Shown: positions 22,401 to 36,552 of the stretch, in pieces | Layout: every line of letters starts with the position of its first letter | Position numbering within the stretch: position 1 is the stretch's first letter | Translations under genes and position numbers: made by a program | Origin: Lingula anatina | Lineage: Eukaryota > Animalia > Brachiopoda | Reading direction: 5' to 3' | DNA length: 64,000 bases | Assembly: GCA_051362555.1 (NCBI GenBank) | Contig: CM120643.1 | Span: 14,234,644-14,298,643, forward strand | The notes under the pieces: model-generated | Told to the model about the DNA's origin: nothing | What the model saw: the letters and a program-made list of their open reading frames with translations, nothing else | Database searches by the model: none

Positions 22401-25400
22401 AATTAAGGGTCAGTCCATTTGTGTGCTGTTTACTAGAAAAAAAAACAAGAAAAGAAGTGGATTTATTTTAAAAAAACATGTCAAAAGCTTCTTTCAAAGT
22501 TAACATCTTTGGTTAATGAGTAACTGGTAGATTAAATAAAGGATACGGTATATTTTTATCATTTATTTGAACAAGGCAGCCTGATTTGCTATCTTCTCCT
22601 TGGAAGTGGATGGGTAAAGTTCACTCCTTGTAAAGTCTGCCTGCCGACTGAAAAATCACTTTTAACATCTGTTTATATACTGCTAGATTTAGTAGTAACT
22701 TGTATTTAGACACTTGTTAAGGAATTCCCAGTAGCATGCAAGTCGGAAACCTGTTAGTACAATTACAGAAATGCAGCCTAATTTTGCAGTTAGGGGTAGT
22801 GATTTATGCCAATTTGAAAAGATAATTGGTCATAATTAGCCAATGGAAAATTTTGACAAATCTCCATCCTAAAAAATGACACGTTAGCAAAGGTCTAAGA
22901 TGACTGCGACCTTGATATGCCATGATTCTGTTGTTCCAGTGCTAAAAAATATGTAACTGTGAAAAGGGAATACTCCATGTGGACATTATTTTATGAAATA
23001 GGTGTTACAAAAGGGATTCACCAGTTCATACCTTTAGAGCGCTGTACCCATGAGAGAACATCTTGGGGGAGGGCATAATCAGTGCAATTCATTCTGCGGT
23101 CTTAAGTGTTGTAGCATACCGTACCACATTCTGTTTCATGATAATTATTGTGTTGTCATACAAAATATAATGAGTATATTGCAGTGTTGTGCCACCTGGT
23201 TTAAGAGATGAGTCACACTTAAGAGGGGACTAAGCAGATAAGAGTGCCCTTACTTTAGAAATGAGCAATATTAAGGTAGTCACCTGGGTTTCTTCTCACT
23301 CAGTTTTCTGTTAGTTTGTTTGAAACCCCACTGTCTGCTTTCTGCTTGTTAGAAGGTCCCTAATGTGTCTTTACAAAATTGGCAATCAGTTTTGGATAGC
23401 TTGTCAATACTGTACTTTGATGGTAGACAACTTGTTTTGAAATATTGTGGAATAAAGATAAAATTTTGCAAAATATAAATAAATCAAATTTAACATTATT
23501 TTCAGTGTTACATCAGAATGTACCATTTTCAGTCATGGTTTTGAAGCAGCAAAATGATCTTCAAAAGATTGTCGGAAATAATTGAGGGAGTAAAATCAAT
23601 ATCACACAATAAGTCTTTAGTATAATAACACCAAACTATATGGATTTCACTTTCAGTAAACTCCCAAAGGATGGCAAATGCATCTTTTGTAACACCACAT
23701 AGTGACCATAATGCTCTTTTATGTCTCACTAATGAGATGAATTTAATTGGCTTTTTATTGCCCCATTAACTGAAATCCATAGTACAAAAATATAGGCTCT
23801 TCCAGTCTCATGTTTCACTATAACTGGCCTATTTTTCTCCCAAGTTGTCAAATTAGTTAATTGACTCAATCATGGATCCACACATCAGAACTGAGAGAAC
23901 TCAGATTCTGAATCTTAGGGTCTATTCCCACAACTTTAGATTGATCTATCACCGCGGGGAGTCTCACTAGATTACTGTCAGATAATCTGGCTTAAATGTC
24001 CGTCCCACCTACTACAAGCTGTAAGGGGGTAATTAACTTTCGTGCCCGCTCGGCTGACAGCTTTTTAGCATGAACCCCCAAGGAGTTAGGTCGGTCTAGT
24101 TGGATTGATCTAATCTCTGGGAATGGGGTCTTAGAGCGCATTCAGAACAAGTTGATTGGAGGGCTAACAGATTAAATCTCAGCTCTAAGGTTTAATTGCT
24201 CGACCCCTGCAGCGACGGCCGTTATGGGGGCAAGGTGACCATCAGAGAATCAGCAGTATCACTTTTAAGTGGGGTCGGGCATATTTAGTCGGCAGATCAG
24301 TAAGTCTGCAGATCATCTGTTCTGAATGTGCTCTTAGGGTCTGTTCAGAACTAGTTGATCAAATGTTCGACCCACCTGAAAGCATGCTGAGATTTGATTG
24401 CTCTACCCCTGCAAGGATAGCCCTCATGGGAGGCAGGGGTTGTGGTCAAGTGCATATCCTATTTCATTGGCATGTCATCTGGTTCTGAACAGACCCTACT
24501 ATTGTGATCCAAACCTCAATTACATTGGAGAAGGAAGGCTGGAGAACAGGGCCGTGTAACTCAAAAGCATTGCGCATTGCAACTTAGCAAAAGTGTCTGG
24601 GTTCCATAACTCACCCATACTTGCCCCATATAATACATGTATTGTAACTTCTATGTGATATCGCTATACGCAATGCTTTCGAGTTACGGAGTCCTGGTCT
24701 TAGACTTGCTTGCTATTATAGAAGTTGTTTAGTTAACATACATAGTCTGCTAAATTGGGACTAACTTAATCTGACACATCTTGACTGTAAATGCGCCTTG
24801 ATGTAATGCCCAGAGGATATTTATCTAAAATTGATAAAACCTAAAAATTGATTAAACCTAAAATTTATATTGATCAGAAGAAGACACTTTGGAAAAAAAC
24901 CATCTATATCTTATTTTTGTTTTCAAATATATGGTAAAAATTTATCATAATAGACCTTGTTATAAAATGGAGAAGACTGTAGAGAACAAAGCTGATTTGT
25001 GTGCACATATGGTCCAAAATCTGCAACTTAATTTGTCCATCTCTAGAGTATCCTAAGTAGCTTTTGGAAGTGCCTCAATGTGTCGCAGATGGACAGACTA
25101 ATGGAGCGTGGTGTTGAAAATAATGTGACTCCACCATTTTGTGTTGTGTTGAGATGTGTCCATATTAGCTTGGAAACTAAAATTGTTTCTAGTCTACAAT
25201 ACGTCAATAGATTGACAGTTTTTTTGCCCGAGATTTATGGTTTATAGGACCGATTAGAATGGAGGCTCAGTTCAGTGCAATAAGTGCCCCAACTGACTGG
25301 GGATTCAGGTCATTCAGTAAAAATTGTATAGATTCAGTATGATGTGCGTGTGTGCATGCCTATGTGCATGCGTGTGTGAGAGAGGGTAAAAAATGCTGTG

Positions 25401-27622
25401 CCCCTTGTGGAATTTAAAAAAATCTGGAGAGTGGAACTTGAAGTGCACATCTTTAATTATAACACCTGCGCTAAAGATGCACTCTGGCATAAGCATAGGC
25501 TTGCTTTCAGACAAGAGCTTTTAAATATTTATGTGTTTTGTCTAAATAAATGTCAGATTGTCAAAATAAGAAAGAAACAGACAGGCAATTACAGTTTAAG
25601 AATAAATTTAAACCATTAGCAAAAAAAAAAAAAAATCAATCCGTGAAAAACACAGATCACTCAGCTCCCCTAAGATTACACCTGTATCTGTCTGTCTGTG
25701 CCTTTGTATATTTTGCCATAGGATTGGCTTGAAAATTCTTCCTTAATAAATAGGGTGTCATGCAAGATGTACACCTGAGGCCACCCCCTGGGTCACAGTT
25801 GCTTTAATCTAGATTTTTCTCAATTAAGCATGAAGACCCCAGGTGTGGACAGACTAACACCGCGAGTCATCGGAAGGTCAGAAGTTGGCTACTTATAAAA
25901 CATTTATTTAAATGAAAATTGGCATGGCATGCTTTGCATTAGCCTGACTTTTTAGTAGTAGGCAGATATGAAAGATACTTGAAACATTTTAAGAATATGC
26001 AACAGAATGTTCATCCTTGTGATATTGATTTGCATGTAATAGTTCTATATTTCAATGATTAGAAATGTAAAAATGCACCTCTAAATTCAACTCAAACTCA
26101 TCACTTGGTGACACATCTATACATGCTTGAACAGTACATTTACTAAATGTATGCCATGGATATTAAGGGAATAGACCTGTCAACTAGTAATTGGCCCATC
26201 ATTCTTTTATTTATATTACCAGCCAGTATCATGAGAAAAAAGCTCTTACTTACCTAATATCACAGCAGTATTTATATACAAATAACCATAAAATCGACAA
26301 ACATGTATGCTTTGAATCACCTTCATTAAAAGCTACATCATGCCTGACTCGGAAATATATATATTTTTATATTGTCACACATTGCGACAAAACAAATGTA
26401 ATTACTAGATATATATCATAATCAAGTCTGCTAGACCTCTGACATATTCTGGATTGATTTCATTATGTGTATACCACCTGTACTATTACCCCGACATGTT
26501 TTTACTATATTACCCAGAACAGCGATCAGACAATATTGAATTGTGATCAGACAAGGTAGATTTAATTAGTTCTCAGTCACCACCACATTGCATTGGTTGC
26601 CAGGATGCAACGAGGACCAGGAAATATATATGGTTTTCATTTATTTAATTGTGGTGCATTTTCACTCGTCCATTCTTTCTGGATTGATACTGTTACTGTA
26701 TTAGTTTTTGCTCTGTATAATTGACAGATCAACCTTAGATACCACTAGTTGCAAGAAGCTTCAGTGCAGTGTCTGAAATTTGTTATTTGTTATTTTGCCT
26801 CCTCAGAAAAGGAAAAAGAAGGGACACTTTTTTGCCTCAAACATCTGATTGAAAAAATAACAATTTGACCTAATCTTACAGTTGAACATTAAAAGAAGAA
26901 TGAACATTTTTCCCACATTTATTTTCTGCCATGTTAGTCATCAACTAAGTTTCAATTTGAAAAAAGAAGACATTCCATGTGTGATAAACTGATAGTGCAC
27001 TCAACCAAACATAATTCCAATGCAGGAACTTATTCTAATAACATACCCATTAGGCAGAAAAGAAACCCAGACACAACAAATTGACAGTACCAATGAGTAT
27101 ACATGTCTTGGGCTCTGTGGGTCCTACACTATAGTATACTACACTTTACTAAACTGGACATGGAGAAATATTCATAATGTGGAATGCATTTGTAATTTAA
27201 AGTGGTACTTAACTTGTGAAGGACAGATAAGCTGGCACAAAAAAGGCTTAGTTATATTGTGAACTTTAAAAGTCTTGCATGTCATAAATTCCTGTCAGCT
27301 TTAAACAGAAATCTTTTAGTTGTTGAAGTCATAGTTGTTTGGTGAGACATTCTGGGCAAATAGTTATAAAATTTTACAGCTCCAAGTGTATTGTTAAAGT
27401 GTTTTGTACAAGTTTGTTACTGTAGCTAGGCTGTGCTTGTATTGTGAAGGCATACAGGGGTTGTTAATTTGATTACTAGCACAGAAAAGTGCCGCATATC
27501 GGTAAACCACAACAGTAATATAATTAAGAACAATTAAGCTGCAACATTAATTGCTGTCATTGAATATTTTATGAAGGACACCTGGATAGAAGTGGATGAC
27601 ATCATCCCTGGAGATCTCAACC

Positions 27623-27657
<35 letters not shown>

Positions 27658-30600
27658 CAGTGCACTGTTGACACTATTAGGGGTTTTGTGACATACAGTA
27701 TATAGTTTAATCAAAGATATTACACATTATTTTAACAATTTGTCAAATGTACAGTGTTATTGGCTTAATTTACATAAATAGCATAAATAGTATTTATATT
27801 GTGACATTACTTTAGTCTTGTTTGCATTTTTTCTTTTTAGTCATTGTTACTTTTCAAAAATAATTTCCTCAAATGTCTTAGGGCTACTGTAGTGTCTAAG
27901 ATAAAAATCCCATTGCTTTGTGGTTAGAAGAAAGTCCTGTCTACATCATAGCTATGGAAAAAATCAAAACATGCTAGCAAGATCTTCTTGTGAATGAAGA
28001 TAAAGCACATGCGTCTATCCAACAAGTTATAGCTTCACAAAGACAGATTTCAGTCTTTTATTGTGATTGTGTTTTCTGATATCCTTTTGGGAGAGCAGTA
28101 TCAATTTGAAATTTAGATGGACTTGAGGTTGAGGAGAGGTCACATAGTCTGCATTTAGATTGATGCTGTTGTGTCTTCTTTACCCTCAAAATGATAATGG
28201 TATTGATATTTTGTCCATTTTCACCTTTAAAAACAAAAATACACATGGGAATTGTGTATTTTTTTATGTCATTGTCATTTAACAGGAGCACACTTCCTCT
28301 TTTGTTTTTGCTGTATCTTGTACATTATCCTTTGCTTTTATATGCCCTCTACATTTGCCTTATTATTTGAACATTTTGTTGGCTTGGGATGACATGATTT
28401 GATGTACTAAACAAAGTCAGAAAGAACTGAATCAGTTTGCAGATTTTGTCCTTATAAAGGTTTACCATCTTCCCTAAAGTGTTTCCAAATATATGGTCTT
28501 TTGTGTCCAGACTGACATTTTATGCTTTCTGTATTGCCCACTATGACTAACAGATCAATCCTGGTTTTTATGAAGTGGCCTGAAGGATGAACTATTTTTG
28601 GCTTTAAGGTAACAATATTAGCATAAATCATTAAATGACAGCCACAAGTTCTGTACAAGTTCAGGTGTATTCACGTTGGGGTGATTGTTTTTATTGTCAG
28701 TTGAAATCAGTATTAGTATGCAGGTTTTGATGAACTTAGAGGGTACTGAGTTTAATAAGGGACCATTCCCATAACCCTGTCATACTAGCAGGATCGATCT
28801 GTCTCTGAGGGAGAATCTTGTTAAATTGCATTCAGTTAATTACCTCCTTAGCAGCTTCAGTGGATGTGACAGACATTTAAGCCGCTGAAACTGAATGCAA
28901 TTTAGCCAGAATCCTCTTGGAGTTGGATCGATCCTGCTAGTACGATAGGTTTATGGGAACCCAGGCTTAGAGAGAACTGAGTGAAATAAAAGTCTTTCTT
29001 TTTCACATGAGATTTAGCATATAAAGATTACTAGCCACACTGATAGGTGGAACAGAACTAGAAAAGTACCAGGAGAAACAAAACTTTTGATAAACGAGTA
29101 TACAGAAATATGGGATACCTACAGAAGTGCAAAGTTACTGTGTAACGCTTTACCCATCTAGATAACGAAAACTCACTAAGTTTTATGATTGAAGATATTG
29201 GTATAAGTCTTGTATTCATGACGCCAAATATTGTTGATCTATTGTATAAATTCAGTAAAATAGGGCATCTTTTCTCCAGACACCTTGTGAACAGGAAGCC
29301 AAGTTTTCTTATTGAAGTCTTGTCCCTAAGTACTAATATACATCACAGATTAGGGCAGAACCAAGGTTCTTAGAGAAAAGGAAGGGTCTTGCTGTGTAGC
29401 AAGGGAGATTTGGAGCATCTGTGAAGAGCATGTTGGGAAATTTGCCAGGTGGATTACCAAGAAGGGCAGATAAATTTTGCTGGTCGTGCAACAACAGAGC
29501 AGATATAGGCTATGATCCCTTTAAAGGGACATGTACTATACCTGCTGTATCAGATAGGGGCTTTATAATCTTAATTTCCTGTTACAAAATGAAAAGGAGA
29601 ATCTTTAGATAGAACCCTGACCTTAAATGATTAAGTGTCACAGACTCTATTGGATTAATTGATTTTTAAACCTCTCTTAATTTTTCCTTCTCATTCCTTT
29701 GAGCAACTGATGGCTATGATTTTCATGCCCTGTTGATTTTTTATTGTTTATAAAATCTTAGTTCACAATTGCAACGTGCTCTGGGAATTAGAACACTTTT
29801 TTTTCTCTTTGAGCAGCTGGTGACTTTCATTTGTCATGCCATTTTGATTCTTTAATTAATAATAGATGACATCTGAAAGTCCTGACATGCTCTATGAATG
29901 TGAATGATTGGTGAAATGCAAGAAAGAAATATTCTGGTTATCTTCTTCTCTCCAGGAAAAGTTGATATTCCTTGGAGGATGGTCATCCATTATTGGTTGT
30001 CTCTCACATTACTTTCTCGTCTAAGATTTTAGAAGACTTATATCCTTCTTCACAGACACTGTTTCTGTTGCAAATGACTGTCTGAATCAAAGATATTCAG
30101 CACTTTTCTCTAACTGATGCACAAAAAAGAAAAAAAATTGAATTGCAGATATCGACCAACTTACATATTTCTCAAATGTTATTTTCATGCTTGGGCATTG
30201 AAAAAAGTTTCCCAGGAATGATTTTTTCCTCCATGCACTCTTGGGAATGTGTAAGAATATGGTCGAGTGTGTGGTAGGAGTTTTTGCAACAGATGTCTTT
30301 CTGGTGATGAACACGCTGGGATCCCATTCAAAATTTAGCCAACCTTGCACTGGAAGTCTTATTGCTGTCAGCTGCAAAGGTCACTTACAGTTGTGGGCAG
30401 TACATTGTTAAAGTGTAATTTTGCATTTAAGCTGAAGAGAATTCATTTGCAGAATGTTAGTTTTCATCCTTGAAGATGGTGATGAAAAAATGTACATTAA
30501 GGTAATGCCACACATATTATACTCTAGCAGGAAAAAAAAGTAGGTCTACAAAAAAAAAAAAAAAAAAAAAAACAAACAACTTCCTTCACCAAGTACAACA

Positions 30601-30826
30601 GCTTTTTACAGGTAAACTTGGCATACCTGAGAGATGCTATCCATGTTTCATAGTAGTTCTGTGGAAGTATTAATCACCTGTGGGTCCTCTGGGTTAACTA
30701 AAAATATGTCGGATCAGTACTTTGCGATGATTGATGACCATGTAATGAATTGAGATCTATGTGCTGCACCAGAGCGATTCTCTATCACTTAACTGTTGAT
30801 GCTTGGGGTATTTTTTTATCACCTAA

Positions 30827-30869
<43 letters not shown>

Positions 30870-32073
30870 GATGCCTTGAACTATGTTCATTGGTATTATA
30901 GATATACTGCTGTAATATCTATTAATGCTATCATTTGACTTTTGAATAATTAATCCGTCTCTTTGAATGAATAATGATGTTGTAATTGGTGTTTACTTTC
31001 TGATGGAAGTGGTAAGTAATAGTGTCTATGTCAGATGGAGAATGTGAAACATATTAGTTAATTTTATGATAACAAATAATCTTTGATAATTATTAAAGTT
31101 GCATTTTATATCTGAACCAATTTCAAATGTAAAAATTTATCTTAAGATCATTTCTGTAAGGAAGTTTAAGCCTTGATGAAAAGTAATGTTTTCTGCTTTT
31201 TAAGATTTTGGTTTATTATTATAAGACGCTTCAAAATTAGATGTGTAAATAAAGTAGACATAGTTTGAAAGCCGTTATTTATTATAATTTTTATTTGGAA
31301 TAAATCAACCGAGCAGTACTTTCCAGACAGAAGTGCTGTAAGCTCTCAGGGCACTTAATGGACTAGTCAACCAGACAAGTATTGCTTTTTCAAGAAATCC
31401 CAGTAGTAATATAGCTTTAGACTAATGTTTTCCCAAAGCTGATATTTGAACATCATTTTAACCCTCTGCATACTTCAGGCATCTTTTTTTCTCTCCAGGA
31501 AGTTATGTTAATTTATTATAAAGAGTAGATGCTTTATAGACAATACATTTGCTAGAAGTTAGTTAAAAGCATAGAGTGTTTTTATCTTTTGAAACATCAC
31601 TGAATCAGAGACTAGCTTTGAGGTGTGTGATGGGGATTTTATTACAGAAAGATCAAAAGCTATAAGATAAGATTGATTTTCCTTTGTTTCTTTTTATTTT
31701 AATCTTTGATATTTTTTTGTAGTTTACCTTTTAAGGGTTGAGATGCGGGGATTCCATAAAGCTAAATGAAACTAATTGACATGATTTTAATTAAAATTAT
31801 AAGCTTAAAGCCTTGCAGGTGGGACATCAATGATTGGATCTTAATGAAGCCCTCGTGATCATTAAAACTGGTCATTAATTGTATGTAATGCTGGCTTAAA
31901 ACGTGTAGCTATGGAAATGGTACAAAACAATGGGAAGATTGAGACGGGGCATTGTAGTAGTGAAAATGAAAAAAAAAAAAAAAACACTAGAGATAGTTTC
32001 AGGGTGGTCTTGCCTGGTGATAAGTCAGTTCTAGTCAGCAGTGGTCAGTTAAAACTTTCTAGTAGCTGATTTT

Positions 32074-32165
<92 letters not shown>

Positions 32166-35100
32166 GGTAATCTCACTTTCAAGACATAAATTCACAAAGC
32201 TCTGAATATTTGATAGATTTAGTCATAGAAATGTACACTCAATGCTGGCAAACATTTTTCATTTAAGTGGTCAAATTTAGATGGTCTTTCTCAAGTATGA
32301 CTTTTTTAATTATTTTTTATCACAGCTGATTATCAAGTTAATAATAATCTTATCACCTTGGGTTTTCCTTAATAGGCTGGTCATAAATATAGAAGTCAAG
32401 GATATATATCCTTCCTCTTTCATATCAATAATTTTATCTTTATACACCTGGAAAGGCAACACTTAATATATTAAACCATTCTATAAGATCTAGTGAATGT
32501 CAAAGAAATTTCTGGCTCTTTCACAGTCTAGGGATATGATAAACTGATAAAAAGTAGGCAGGATGTTGGAAAGCACATATTTAAAAAAAACTAAAATATT
32601 GGTCAAAATGGGAGCAATAAAAAAAGAATGAGAGTTTCCATAATGTTTGGTAATCAAATATTACAGTTGGGTTTTAAAGCCTATCTTGGTAAACAGAGGT
32701 GTGCTTTGTAGTGAGTCACCATTCTCTGATAGTGAGAAATAATTTATTAGTTTCGTTTCACCATCTATATATTAATAGTATTATGGTTGAAAATTAGTTG
32801 TGTTCGCCAGTATAGGTTTTATCTAATCATATCATTGTGCCATCTAATTACGATTTACTCACCAAAGGCAGCAAATCTTATCAGTCTATCAACCCACCTT
32901 TGTGATAATAAAGTACTAAGTGTTGCGATCTATCAACTAAGATGGATGAAGTTGACAAACCCACATATACCAATAACACATCCCTAGTGATTTCTTGAAA
33001 TGCCATTTGTTTGTAGAAATGAACTTTTACAAATATAGTTTTCCAGTCAGGATGAGGTGAAATTGACCATTTTCCTTTGATGTCTAAATATATATTTATT
33101 TTCCCCTGAAAACTTGACTGTATCAGTGAGATAGCCTTAAGCCTCAGGCATATGGATCAATATGAAAACTGATTCACCAACTTAAGAATTAGATTTGAAG
33201 GTTGTGATCATTAGATTGTGATAAAAATAAAAAAGCATTTTACACTTGCAGAGGTTTTAACTTTGAATGGTATATAAGATATTTCTCTCAGTTATATTTA
33301 TAAATTGTATTGATATTTCAGTAACTTAATAAGATAACCCAGCTGTATCAGTATGGTTTGTTTTATTAAAGTGTCTAATAAGCTGAGATGGCCTTCAATA
33401 TATTACCACAACAAAAAAAAAATTTATAAGTCCGTCCGCATGGGTTTTAGATTTGAGTCTCGAGTCTAGCGTGTACACAAACAACTTCTTTGTGTGGAGT
33501 TGTATTTTCATAACCTGTGATGACAAAAGTCCCATTTGTGCGAACCTGTAAGCATAATTAAGTCTCAATTCAACTGCGAGCTGTTATTTGAGTTGCTCTG
33601 GGCCTCAAGTTTACAAAGCCAGGCACAGCAGAATATTTGCAGAACCTTATACTGATGTTAGTTTGAATTTGAGGCCCCATTTTCACACACACCTTTAGTC
33701 TTTGTGGATCGACCCAACTTTGTGAGGACTCTCGCTGACTGGAATTAGCTTAATTTAATGGCACGCTGCCTCGTAGCATAGCAGAATACAAAAATTATAG
33801 TGATTTTACCAGAAATAAGAGGTGTGTCATTCAGTTAAGCTGATTGCACTTTATGAGTTTTGCAGAGTTGGATCAATCCACGTAGACCAATGATGTCTAT
33901 GGGAATGGAGTCTGAGTCTCTAATAACTGAAGAATAAGCCCAAGACGTGCATATTTAATGTTCTTTGGTAATTTTAAAGCCCCTTTCAGGCTGCAGAATT
34001 CTTACATTCTTGGAATACTGTTTGTGAATATTAAGTGGCATTTGATGAATTGAGGATAGAATTTGTATCCTTAAAAGTCTTATCAGGGTTATCTTGGGTT
34101 ATATGTGGGACCTTTCAAGTATTGTTGGGAAGGAATTTTGAAATTATTTTGATTACACATGTATACATAACAAGCACCTGATTAGCTTGACAATGTTGAG
34201 AACATGCTGCTAGGTTTAAGTTTTGTTGTGGCCACTGTCAGTGTATAGTTAAGATAAAAGCAAACTTTTTCAAGATGGAATGATTCTGTTGCTTGCTATT
34301 TCCCAATCTTTCCTTTGTTTTAAGATTTTATTTATTTAACAACTTTCATTTTGGATGCCCTTTTTCTGGAAATTTAGGGGGAAATAAGAAATATTTCTGA
34401 ATGCATATGACAGATCTTTTAGGTAATTCTGCACTTACAAGGATTGAATAATTTGTATGATCTTATTTAATCTATTTAAAATGTTATTAATATTTTAATG
34501 CACTTTTTGTAAACATGACAGTAAATGATGTATCCTGAGTATAATTTTTTTTCATGCAATGTTAATATTCTTACTATTTCAGCTACGGATCTGATTGCCG
34601 TTAGACTTAACATTGAAAACAGAAATGACGAGGTTCCTGTGTTTGTCAACCAGCCGACCAAGTTTCTGACCACTATAAGTCAAAACCCTGCCTTAAACTC
34701 CAAGGTCTTTGAGCTGAATGCTGTCGATGCTGACCCCAATTCTCTGGTCAGATACTACAAGATAGGTAAAGAAAGATGCTTCATGTTACAGCACCATCTG
34801 GTTCATTAATGGGACACACAGATTATGACCATAATTGACAGCTTGCCTTCCAAGTTCAGTTTAGTGCATTGGTTCTGTGCTTTATATGTGTCCTTTTCTT
34901 AATATCAAAACAAGAGCAACTAAATTTATGACTTTTTAAATGGACAGCATGCAGATGCTACAGTGTGTTAACATGGTGGAATATATGTTTGTCAAAAAAA
35001 TGTTTGTCCAGTGAATAGAAACCATTTTGTCAATTTTGGGAAAGTTGTATGGTAAATGGTAAATTTTTGATGCTGTCTCTGTTTATAATGACCCTGCTGT

Positions 35101-36490
35101 TGTATTTAAGGTACCAAAAATACATTTTTCCCCAAATTAAAACTTTATCCATATTGCTACGGACCCTTATTCAAAGTACCAAAGATGAATTACTGCATTC
35201 AAAACCAATAATCTAAAGCAATGCCATTAAATGTTTTATTTTATACTTGTATCCCTGTAGGAGGTGACGATGAATTTGCTGTGCAGGAGACAACAGGAAT
35301 AGTTAGCAACACTGTCACAGCATTGAATAGTGGTCAGGAGTACGAGATTCTTGTCCAGGCGCAAGATATCAGTGCCAGTCCACCCCAGGTCAGCGAGTCA
35401 AAAAATCTGCGTATTTTCGTTGGGGAGTTGCCGCCACAATTCTTTGAGGAATCATACACAATGGATTGTCCTGAAGATGCTAATAGTGGTTACAGGTAAG
35501 TATCCCTGAGAAAAAATTGACTCATTTAATGTTCACTTTGGTTTCTCAATCTATTCTATAACATTTGTTGGATTTTTTTTTTTTTACAGTTCCAATGTTG
35601 TTCTGCAATGAATGTAACATTTAGAGAACTGTTTTTGGGAAGTCCTTCAGAATGTCCTAGAACAGATTAAGAACATTCTTTAAAAAAGAAAATCAAAGAC
35701 TGATTGAGAACTGTAAGTGTCACGTAAGTGTCACAGTGCGTTAAATGAGACACATTTTCTCAGGGGTTGTCTTTTTGTTTTCTGATCCATTTCATTTAAT
35801 TGACTGTGCAATGATTTAGATAAAAACAACAACTGTATTTAAGACCAGAGTAACCTGACAAGTATTCGTTGTAAATCACTGAAATTGTATTTTATTCTAC
35901 ATTGAAGATTTTTTAATAAAAATTTCTTTCTTTCTTGACATAGTGTTGGTACAGTAAGAGCCAAATCATTTCAAGGCCAGTCAATCATGTACTCCCTGAA
36001 AACGGACACAAATCAGGACTCCGCAGAGTTCTACCTTCACCCTACTGATGGTATCATCAGCACCAAGAAGGTCTTGGATTACGAAAGGGACCCACATACC
36101 TACAATCTGAGAGTTATTGCACAAGAGGGACTTTCTGGCAAAACTAGCACTGCCTCGGTATGTTGAAAAATGTTTGGACAAGGGAACAAGTGTACCATAC
36201 AAAATGCATTAATAAGTACTTATTTGTAGCTAAAGCACTAAGAAATTCTGTTCCATCCATGATGTTTTTTAAAAGCCAGTGACACACTCTCTCTCTCTCT
36301 CTCTCTCTCAGTATTTCCTAGTAAATTTTAATCCACGTTCTTGATTTTAGTTGGTGGTTAATCTCCTAGACAGAAATGACAACAAACCAATTTTCTCACT
36401 GGCTGAATATATAGTGCCTACTCCTCTGGCTGAAAATACACCAGTAGGACAGTCCTTTTTTGAAGGTAAGCAAAGGTTATGTGGTTTTCA

Positions 36491-36552
<62 letters not shown>

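Noticed and set aside
16702-33000. Many 60-107-aa ORFs in cadherin intron 1
   Set aside because: They are AT-rich, low-complexity translations with no domain motifs or transposase/RT signatures.
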